Origin: Ralstonia sp.
GTDB taxonomy: Bacteria > Pseudomonadota > Gammaproteobacteria > Burkholderiales > Burkholderiaceae
Direction: 5' to 3'
Length of the DNA stretch: 32,000 nt
Assembly (NCBI GenBank): GCA_039592975.1
Contig: JBCNQE010000009.1
Coordinates: 98,762-130,761, forward strand
A program made the position numbers and the translations under genes. Shown in pieces: positions 25,623 to 32,000 of the stretch (positions are counted from its first letter, which is position 1; each line of letters opens with the position of its first letter). A model generated the notes under the pieces. The model was not told the DNA's origin and did not search any database. It was given only the letters and a program-made list of their open reading frames with translations.

Positions 25623-26311
25623 GTGGCATACATTCCGCTCAACTCCCTCTAACACCAGTCGACGACCGTAACACCATCAAGGTCCACGTCCCGTCAAAGC
25701 TGCTCTACTTCTCTATCTACTACTACACGGCTGACAACGCTTTCAAGCGAGCCTCGCAGACCAAAGAGCGAGAGATAAAGCGCCGTTCGGATTGGAATCC
25801 TGCACAGGATACCTTTGTGGCCACTGAGGTGCGCACCGAGGCGGACTTCCGTGCCGCCTGGGCTCGCATGATGAAATTGGCTAAGGACGGGGGTTACGTT
25901 GTTGCAGAGGGGCACTTGTTCACCCACGCCAGCAAGCCCAAAGGTGGCCGTGGTGGACTCGAGTTCGCTGCTATCCCTGGCACCGGCGACGGCACCATTA
26001 CGCGGGAGGAGGTGTCACAGTTGGACAGGCTTCCCTGGCGCAAAGGCGGCTCGCTGGTGCTCTACGGTTGCAATACAGGGAGGACCGGTGAAGGCCGCAG
26101 CTGGACACCAGCACAAGCATTCGCGGACGCTCAAGGTGTGCAGACGACCGGCACGACGGGGTACGCGTACTTCTCCAAGTCACGCGACAAACACGTCAAA
26201 ATTTCCGATGACTCGACCGAGGTGTACCTGCATCCCTACAAGTGGGGCAAGAACGGGTACTTCGGCGACGGAGAGGCGATGCCAGACCAAACCTTTACAC
26301 CAGCGAAATGA
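25619..26311 (+). CDS. Putative T6SS cargo effector, unknown family (230 aa; possible His/Cys-dyad alpha/beta fold)
   Basis: Its ATG overlaps the PAAR stop (ATGA at 25619-25622). Alternating beta/alpha pattern with ..VVAEGHLFTHAS.. and ..GSLVLYGCNTGRTG.., reminiscent of the His..Cys arrangement of caspase/CHAT/DUF4347-type folds. No confident family assignment. Confidence 0.4.
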   Translation: MSGIHSAQLPLTPVDDRNTIKVHVPSKLLYFSIYYYTADNAFKRASQTKEREIKRRSDWNPAQDTFVATEVRTEADFRAAWARMMKLAKDGGYVVAEGHLFTHASKPKGGRGGLEFAAIPGTGDGTITREEVSQLDRLPWRKGGSLVLYGCNTGRTGEGRSWTPAQAFADAQGVQTTGTTGYAYFSKSRDKHVKISDDSTEVYLHPYKWGKNGYFGDGEAMPDQTFTPAK

Positions 26312-26604
26312 GAAACAAGCTCTTGGTTTTGATTGCCGCTGCGCCGGCGCTGCTGTCCATCATGTACGTGCTGTATCGCGCCGCCTTCGCGAGCGTGAAT
26401 CACGTTGGGCTGACGCCGCATTTCCTGGACATCTTCTCCGTAGTGTCCGTGCTTTTGGCGCTGACGTTCCGGCTCGAGCGTAAGTGGCTCTGGACGGTCG
26501 TCCTGGTAGCGACCGTGAACGTGCTGCTGGTGGTGTGGGCGATTGAGACCAACGTACTCGTCGAATACGAAGAGTGGATTCGACGTGGAATGCCGGAGCG
26601 GTAG
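26308..26604 (+). CDS. Small three-TM membrane protein (98 aa), putative cognate immunity protein
   Basis: Its ATG overlaps the upstream stop (ATGA at 26308-26311). It has three hydrophobic helices and occupies the last position of the PAAR operon, directly followed by a strong terminator. Confidence 0.5.
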   Translation: MRNKLLVLIAAAPALLSIMYVLYRAAFASVNHVGLTPHFLDIFSVVSVLLALTFRLERKWLWTVVLVATVNVLLVVWAIETNVLVEYEEWIRRGMPER

Positions 26605-26701
26605 AACGTTACGAGGCGTCGTGGAATGGCCGCTTTTGGCCGAACTCATCCGGTCGGCCATCCTTCGGTATTCTGCCGAGAATCGCTTTGTACCTGGAAG
26701 C

Positions 26702-26730
26702 AAAAGAGCCCGCAACAAGCGGGCTCTTTT
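26702..26730. terminator. Bidirectional rho-independent terminator
   Basis: AAAAGAGCCCGC-aacaa-GCGGGCTCTTTT is a perfect 12-bp stem with flanking A- and T-runs. It lies between the convergent PAAR operon (+) and the primase gene (-). Confidence 0.9.
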
Positions 26731-26749
26731 GAATGGAGGCGATCAGGCG

Positions 26750-29548
26750 CTACCGTGGTATGCCATGTTCCGATGGCGCCGGCGAGGCGTAGAGACCGAG
26801 CTTTTCGAGCTTGGCCAGGCTCAGCGCCGTCATGTGCCCATGGCGCCGGTTGAAGATCCGCTTCTCCACGTCCTCCATCGCCTTGCCACCCTGCACTGCC
26901 ACCACGCCGGACTGCAGGAGCTGCTGCTTGAACACCCGCGCCGTCTTGATCGGCAGCGCATCGAACTTGGGTCGCAGGTGCGGCGCCGTAGATAGGTGGT
27001 CCATCACGTGGCTCGGCCGCAGGAACAGCGCCATCTCGCGGCCGCTGTCGGTCTGGATCGTGTCCCAGCAGTGCGGATACTGGTAGCGGCCGGCATCGAG
27101 CTCCGACAGCAGGATTTCCATGATCCACACCCACGGCAAGCGCGTGCCGTTGGTCTCGGCGATGTGCGCGTTCATTTCGGTCAGCAGGTCATCGACAAAC
27201 GCGCCCTGGTCGACGTCGAGCTCGGCGAACTCGCACAGCAGCGCCCAGGCCGTCATGATGGCGGCGTAGTTCTCCATCATGCGCCTAGCGGTGGCGTCGC
27301 TCGCTTCGGCGCGGCTGTGTTTCTGGCACATATCCAGGAACGCTGCATGCAAATCGCGGATGCGTGCCGGGTCGAGCTGCGCGACGAACTGCATCCACTC
27401 CCACACGGGGAATTGCGGCAGGCTGTGCGGGATGATGGAGCCTTGCTTCGCCACCGACAGCGACGTGCGGCAAATCTTCGACTGCAGGCTCTCCACGTCC
27501 ACCTCTTCGCCGGCCAGCAGCACAGGCGCGCACATCAGGTACGGCGTGAGGGCCGCACCGACGCGGGTGAACTCGAAACGGTAGGTCGACTGCAGCAGGC
27601 CGTCGATGTCGGACAGCACCATCTTTGGCAGCTTGGAGAACTCATCCCAGCCAACCGGATGCGAGGTCCACGATACCGACGCGCGCCGGCGGTGGTCGGT
27701 CTTGAGCATCTGGCCTGACAGCACCTGAAACGCTAACGTGGTCTGCAGGCTCTCCAGGAGCTTCGATTTACCTGATCCCTTCTCCGCCTGCATCTGCAGG
27801 TGTGGGTAGAACCCGAGCACCGTTTTCAAGTGGGCGCCAAGGCCCCAAGCAAGCGCGATCGCGGCCGCGTTGTTACGGAAGGTGGCTTGATAGGCCGCGA
27901 TGACGGCGCGGGCGTTCTGCCGGCTGCCGCGCGGGAAGGTCATGTTGTAGTACAAGCACTGCTTATGCGGCTCCAGGAAGTAGCAGTCGCTGCCCTCCAT
28001 TGCTGCGAGCTCGCCATCCCGCCAAGCCACGCCCACGAAGTTCACCACGTCACGCGCTCCCAGCTCGGCGGCGCGCTCCAGGACGTTCACCATGCGCGCG
28101 AACTGCCCCGGCATCCAGATGTGGCCGAACTTGCCGCGCCACCACTCCAGGTTGTAGAGCTTGTCGTTGCCCACCACTTCCCGCTGCAGCGTGGCACCGT
28201 GGCGCGGCACCTGGGCGCTGATCCCGAACACGGTTTCGGGCTGGTTGTCGGGCGTGCCGTTGATGGTGGCTAGGTGGCTCTGGATGCGCAAGCGTGAGAA
28301 GCCGGCCACGCGGAACGAGCACAGATCGCCGAGCTCTTCGCTGCGGCTCATCTCTCCGTCGTCGCCATCGTGATCCTTGTACTTCTGCACGTAGTGGGTG
28401 AAGTCTTCCTTCACACGGAAGCGCCAGTAGATGCTGAAGTCGTGCAACGGCAGAAAGATGCGGCGCGTGCCCTCCAGGCGTTTGCCGCCACCCGGCATGC
28501 CGGGAATCAGCCACGGCTCTAGGCGCTTCATGCGTGCTGTGAGTTCGTCGACGCCCTGGGCCTTGAGCACATCGTTGATGTCCTCGCCCTCTTCCCAATC
28601 CTGCATGTCGACCAGCATCGAGCCGATGTCGGCGGCCGTCAGCACTTCGGACAACTTCCACGCGGCGGCCAGGCCGGCACGCTGGCCGGTTCGCTCGTTC
28701 ACCGCATCGGTGTGGTCCAGGGCGATCAGCACGCGCTTGCCGCGCAGGAAAGTCCAGTCGATCTTGTCGACGTTGGCCGTGCCGCGAATGGCGAAGGCCG
28801 CGAAGCCGTTCGGCAGGTGGCAGCACTCCACCGACAGTGCGTTGATCGGGCTCTCGACGATGTAGACCGTCTGTGCGCGTTGCAGCCGGCGCGCGTCGCT
28901 GGTCCAGCCGTGGCCGAGCTTTTCGCCCTGGCACTGCGTCTTGACGTTGCCATTGAGCGCAGCGTCGGCGTAGCGCAGGTCTACGGCGACGACGGACGCC
29001 GAGTCCGCTGCACGCACGATGAATGCGGCAGCCGGCCCGCCGTGGCCTGGCTCGCCGGTGGGCACTTTGTTGCTGCTCCAGGTGTTCCAGCCGAGCGCCC
29101 CGGTTTGGATGGCACGCCGGCTGACGGTCTCGTCAATACCGCGACCGGCGAGATAGGCTACTGCAGGCTCTGGGTTCGCCCTGCAGCGCTCAGCGATGTA
29201 ATCCTCGGTGCTCTTGCGTGCCGGCAGGCCTGTCGCCGCGACGGCCGGCATCGGGATGCCGTACCACTGGCCGAGCAGCTTTGCCGCATCCAGCGGTGTT
29301 GCCACTTCCGGCATGCAGTGGCGCACCAAGTCGATGCAGGAACCGCCCACGTCTTGCGACCAGTCTTTCCATGCGCGCCCCTGATCAAAGATCGACAGCG
29401 ACGGGCTGCTGTCCGTGTGATGCGGGCTGTGATAGTTGCCCTTGGCACCACTGCGCTTGAGGTCCAAACGCTCGGCTAGGTCGTGTAGGTCGATGTCGCG
29501 CTTGAGCTGGTCGTACCAGGAGCGCATAGCCGGATTGCCATTCATCAT
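26750..29548 (-). CDS. P4 alpha-like bifunctional primase / helicase (N-terminal primase-type region, Toprim, P-loop NTPase)
   Basis: GGAGG lies 7 nt before ATGATG (29548/29545), which overlaps the upstream gene's TGA. Toprim-like motifs are present (VYIVESPINALS, VLIALDHTDAVN). So are Walker A (AEKGSGKSKLLESL) and a degenerate zinc-ribbon-like N-terminus (YHSPHHTDSSPSLSIF..GGSCIDLV). The 932-aa size is typical of satellite/island primase-helicases. Confidence 0.8.
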   Translation of the reverse strand: MMNGNPAMRSWYDQLKRDIDLHDLAERLDLKRSGAKGNYHSPHHTDSSPSLSIFDQGRAWKDWSQDVGGSCIDLVRHCMPEVATPLDAAKLLGQWYGIPMPAVAATGLPARKSTEDYIAERCRANPEPAVAYLAGRGIDETVSRRAIQTGALGWNTWSSNKVPTGEPGHGGPAAAFIVRAADSASVVAVDLRYADAALNGNVKTQCQGEKLGHGWTSDARRLQRAQTVYIVESPINALSVECCHLPNGFAAFAIRGTANVDKIDWTFLRGKRVLIALDHTDAVNERTGQRAGLAAAWKLSEVLTAADIGSMLVDMQDWEEGEDINDVLKAQGVDELTARMKRLEPWLIPGMPGGGKRLEGTRRIFLPLHDFSIYWRFRVKEDFTHYVQKYKDHDGDDGEMSRSEELGDLCSFRVAGFSRLRIQSHLATINGTPDNQPETVFGISAQVPRHGATLQREVVGNDKLYNLEWWRGKFGHIWMPGQFARMVNVLERAAELGARDVVNFVGVAWRDGELAAMEGSDCYFLEPHKQCLYYNMTFPRGSRQNARAVIAAYQATFRNNAAAIALAWGLGAHLKTVLGFYPHLQMQAEKGSGKSKLLESLQTTLAFQVLSGQMLKTDHRRRASVSWTSHPVGWDEFSKLPKMVLSDIDGLLQSTYRFEFTRVGAALTPYLMCAPVLLAGEEVDVESLQSKICRTSLSVAKQGSIIPHSLPQFPVWEWMQFVAQLDPARIRDLHAAFLDMCQKHSRAEASDATARRMMENYAAIMTAWALLCEFAELDVDQGAFVDDLLTEMNAHIAETNGTRLPWVWIMEILLSELDAGRYQYPHCWDTIQTDSGREMALFLRPSHVMDHLSTAPHLRPKFDALPIKTARVFKQQLLQSGVVAVQGGKAMEDVEKRIFNRRHGHMTALSLAKLEKLGLYASPAPSEHGIPR

Positions 29549-29997
29549 GCGCCGGCCTCCGGATACATACCTTTGCCGAGCACCGTACCCATCAACCAGC
29601 GTGCGACCGTCATCAACGCGCGGTCGTTCTGGTACAGCGCATCGGCGCTGTCGCACGTATAGCCACCATCGGTGTCCATCGTGACGACCATGACGCCTTC
29701 CACGTCGCCGTGGAGCACGCGCTCGCGCTTCTGCTGCAAAAGCTCCAGTGACGCGCGGCATGCAGGTTCGGATGGCGCGTGCTCTACCAGACGCAGCACC
29801 GGTGCTGGCTGACGAACCGAAGCAGCTACCGGCGCGAGTGCTGCAGCGTGACATGCAATGTCGGTCAGCGCGGCACCGAGAATGTCCATCGACTCGCGGT
29901 CGCTGGGAGCATGCACAGCGGCACGTAGTGCAGTGAGAGCACGGCTACGAATGTCGGGAGAGGAAACGAGCTCAGGGCGAGCGAGGGCGTTAGGCAT
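29545..29997 (-). CDS. Hypothetical protein (150 aa), translationally coupled to the primase gene
   Basis: AGGAGG lies 5 nt before ATG 29997, and the stop overlaps the primase start codon. No recognised motif. Confidence 0.6.
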   Translation of the reverse strand: MPNALARPELVSSPDIRSRALTALRAAVHAPSDRESMDILGAALTDIACHAAALAPVAASVRQPAPVLRLVEHAPSEPACRASLELLQQKRERVLHGDVEGVMVVTMDTDGGYTCDSADALYQNDRALMTVARWLMGTVLGKGMYPEAGA

Positions 29998-30302
29998 GGA
30001 GCCTCCTAGAACGATGTGGGAGGCCCGCCGCTCATTTCCACATGAGGGGTGGCGGGCCTGACGGCGGGGGTGGAAAACCGGCGTTCTAGGAAACCGGCCA
30101 GCCCGAAGGCTGCCCCGCCCGGCCCGCCCTGGAAACTGAAGGCGCGCGCGTGCGCAACGGACGAAAAAAATGCCGCAAGAGGCGGCTATCCGCCTAGAAC
30201 TGTTCGGGTTTCCACACCCGGCCATCGCTGTTTCGACGGCAATCGAATTCTTGGTCATCTGGAATGCGGTGTCAAGCTGGGCTCGCTAAGGTGATGAGCG
30301 AA

Positions 30303-30327
30303 GCGCCCGCCAGCTAGTGGCGGGCGC
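30303..30327 (-). terminator. GC-rich hairpin just downstream of the Ogr-like gene (possible terminator/attenuator, no U-tract)
   Basis: GCGCCCGCC-agctagt-GGCGGGCGC begins 5 nt after the stop at 30332. It lacks a T-run on the minus strand. Confidence 0.3.
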
Positions 30328-30331
30328 GAGG

Positions 30332-30565
30332 TTAGAGAACGGCCGGCGCGGCTTGCGTCGAAGTAGGCGCGCTGAGTTGCCGGGTAACCAGTGGATCAGG
30401 CGTATTGCTGGGCGAGATCGTGCGCACAGCTTCCAGCAGGCTCACGAACGTATGACCGCAATGGAGGTTCGTGCACTGGCAATGCAGTTCACGCGTGACA
30501 CGGCTGACGGGGCGGCTGGAGCGGATGTTTGCAACGCTCTCGCAATGCGGGCAGGTGACTCTCAT
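30332..30565 (-). CDS. Ogr/Delta-family zinc-finger transcriptional activator
   Basis: MRVTCPHCES..(22 aa)..CTNLHCGHTF has exact C-x2-C-x22-C-x4-C spacing, and the motif ..IRSSR..ELHCQCTNLHCGHTF is like P2 Ogr (..ARTSRYI..RYHQCQNVNCSATF). Confidence 0.8.
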   Translation of the reverse strand: MRVTCPHCESVANIRSSRPVSRVTRELHCQCTNLHCGHTFVSLLEAVRTISPSNTPDPLVTRQLSAPTSTQAAPAVL

Positions 30566-30616
30566 GGTGTCGGCTCGATTCAGAGAGGACAGGCCGGCGA
30601 CATGCCGGCCTGTGTC

Positions 30617-30844
30617 CTAGCAGTCGGTCAGGATGGCGGGCGTCGTTGCTTTCAGCCCGGCTTGCTTGCCGTAGGTGCGCGTGGGGCGTGCCGGCTGTTG
30701 CCGCAACTGCGGCACGCGCGAGAACACCGTGCCGCAACTGTGCCCATTGCACCGATAAAGCGTCTCCTGTTTGCCGTCTGAGCGGGTCACGGTGCCTTGC
30801 GGTGCAGTCATGGCATGGCAGGCAGGGCAATGTTCGATGGTCAT
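30617..30844 (-). CDS. Second small zinc-finger protein with Ogr/Delta-type cysteine spacing
   Basis: AAGGAA RBS 7 nt before ATG 30844. HCPACH..(22 aa)..CNGHSCGTVF has the same C-x2-C-x22-C-x4-C spacing (C6, C9, C32, C37). Confidence 0.6.
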   Translation of the reverse strand: MTIEHCPACHAMTAPQGTVTRSDGKQETLYRCNGHSCGTVFSRVPQLRQQPARPTRTYGKQAGLKATTPAILTDC

Positions 30845-30874
30845 GATGCGGTTCCTTTGCGTGGTGAGAGAGGA

Positions 30875-31609
30875 TCAAGCGGAGGGAGATAGGGCCGCGT
30901 TCTTGCTTGCGGCAGCTTGTTGGCGCAGGACGTTGTCGCGGTGCGAAGCGGCAACGCTGACGACCTTGAAGCGCTCGCGGCCGGCAGGTCGCTTGGCGGC
31001 TTCCAGAGCCGGATCGCTGGTGTGATCCGGCGTCCAGTCGGAAAACCCTCGCTCGATGACGCCGAAGAGAGTGGCAAGCGCGGCCTTGCGGGCGGTCTCA
31101 TGGAAGTGCTTCCAATCCGCACCGCCGGGCGCGGCGGCGGAGTGGGCGTTGGCCATCTCTTGCATGTGGATCGCGGGAAACAATGGCGCGACGAGATGCA
31201 CCGCTTCCGCCATCAGTGAATCGGCGCGGGCGCGCAGCATCACGTTGTAGAAGTCGCCCTCCTCTCGCTTGGCGATGCCAGCCTTGGTGATCGCTTCGTT
31301 ATGTGCAGCCTGAAACTCGGCAACGATGGCGCTGTAGTCCTCCGCGAGCGTGTAAGCGGCGCGCTCTTTCGCTTTGAGTGCGTGGATGTCCTTCATCGAA
31401 GCGCCTGCGTTGCGCATCAGTTGCGCGGCATCGGCGCGCGCTTGTTGCGCCTCGGCCTCTGCTGCTTCAACGGCCTTGCGGTGCTTCTGCAGGTCGGCAT
31501 CAATGCGGTCGGCCTCATCACGGGCGCGCTCGAACTCTTCACGGGCGGCTTTGTAGCGCTCAAGTGCCTCTTGTACTTCTGGGGACAGTTCGGGACGTTC
31601 GATTTGCAT
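30875..31609 (-). CDS. Hypothetical protein (244 aa) with N-terminal coiled-coil region
   Basis: The first 90 or so residues are Ala/Glu/Arg-rich with a heptad-like pattern (..EALERYKAAREEFERARDEADRIDADLQKHRKAVEAAEAEAQQARADAAQL..). It sits between the AlpA and zinc-finger genes in the satellite backbone. Confidence 0.6.
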   Translation of the reverse strand: MQIERPELSPEVQEALERYKAAREEFERARDEADRIDADLQKHRKAVEAAEAEAQQARADAAQLMRNAGASMKDIHALKAKERAAYTLAEDYSAIVAEFQAAHNEAITKAGIAKREEGDFYNVMLRARADSLMAEAVHLVAPLFPAIHMQEMANAHSAAAPGGADWKHFHETARKAALATLFGVIERGFSDWTPDHTSDPALEAAKRPAGRERFKVVSVAASHRDNVLRQQAAASKNAALSPSA

Positions 31610-31621
31610 AAGGGGATGGAT

Positions 31622-31882
31622 TCAGAGTTGACGGGCTGCGATACGGCTGGCCATCCATTCGTGGATCTCGGATGCGAGCCACGCGACGCTCTTGCCGGTG
31701 AGTGGCACGGGCTTGGGGAAGTCGCCACGGCGCACGCCGTCATAGATGGACGATGTGGGCAAGCCGCACGTGGCGCTCACTTCCGGCAGCCGCATGAAGC
31801 GCTCGGACAACATGCCCGCCGTGCCGTGTATGGCTGCTGTGGCGGCTCGCGTGTTGGGCGCCTCGATGTGCGAACGGATCAT
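31622..31882 (-). CDS. alpA: AlpA-family (prophage CP4-57-type) HTH transcriptional regulator / excisionase-like protein
   Basis: ..RFMRLPEVSATCGLPTSSIYDGVRRGDFPKPVPLTGKSVAWLASEIHEWM.. is the canonical AlpA/MerR-type HTH. The start is chosen at ATG 31882 (GAGGA 6 nt upstream); ATG 31813 or 31795 are alternatives. Confidence 0.85.
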   Translation of the reverse strand: MIRSHIEAPNTRAATAAIHGTAGMLSERFMRLPEVSATCGLPTSSIYDGVRRGDFPKPVPLTGKSVAWLASEIHEWMASRIAARQL

Positions 31883-32000
31883 TTGCGTTCCTCGTCGATG
31901 GGTTGAAATCGAGCGCAATTGCTCGGCGTTGCTCGGTACTGCTCGGAGCCTTGCCAGTCTCGTTAGCCGCGCGGCTTGGGGCAATGCGAGGGTGTTGTGG

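Larger units (their letters stand above)
19763..32000. mobile_element. P4-like phage satellite / integrative element, partial (integrase and right end outside window; left boundary approximate)
   Basis: Colinear minus-strand module of AlpA, two Ogr/Delta zinc fingers and an alpha-like primase-helicase. The drop in G+C, the loss of long GC-driven antisense ORFs and defence/toxin cargo between 19.9 and 26.7 kb fit an island. A tRNA 3'-end-like 20-mer sits at 19763-19786. Confidence 0.7.

Noticed and set aside
30875-31609. Identifying the 244-aa coiled-coil protein as a P4 Sid (external scaffold) homologue, because it has the length I recall for Sid and lies next to Delta-like genes.
   Set aside because: Length and position are coincidental evidence only, and I cannot see or verify sequence similarity from memory. 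It is left as hypothetical.

Overview
High-G+C window that looks Burkholderiaceae-like (Ralstonia/Cupriavidus-type OmpC-family porin; long spurious antisense ORFs typical of roughly two-thirds G+C DNA). It splits into two parts. (1) Bases 1 to about 19.4 kb are ordinary chromosomal genes. These are the ldhA 3' end, an HD-domain protein, a Crp/Fnr regulator, two MFS transporters, a ferritin-like di-iron protein and a porin. They continue with an orphan LuxR-type response regulator, a Cache-type MCP, a PelA-like GH114/CE4 protein, an SDR, a MarR regulator and a REC-HPt plus NarL-type regulator pair. The last genes are a TetR regulator with a DHA2 pump, a PAP2 phosphatase and a GGDEF cyclase. The unusual features here are two arrays of DnaA-box 9-mers (1114-1187 and 19470-19707). 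(2) From about 19.8 kb to the window end is a partial P4-like phage-satellite/integrative element. Its backbone (26.7-32 kb, minus strand) encodes AlpA, a 244-aa coiled-coil protein, two separate Ogr/Delta-type zinc-finger genes, a 150-aa protein and an alpha-like primase-helicase. The integrase and the right end are outside the window. Its cargo region (19.9-26.7 kb) is visibly lower in G+C. The cargo carries an AIPR abortive-infection gene and an uncharacterised tightly coupled three-gene operon (unknown protein, HEPN-motif protein, GGCT-family cyclotransferase). That operon is my best candidate for an undescribed anti-phage system. The cargo also holds an iteron-like repeat field and an orphan PAAR-TTR / putative effector / membrane-immunity module. 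All calls come from reading the sequence and translations; no database search was run.
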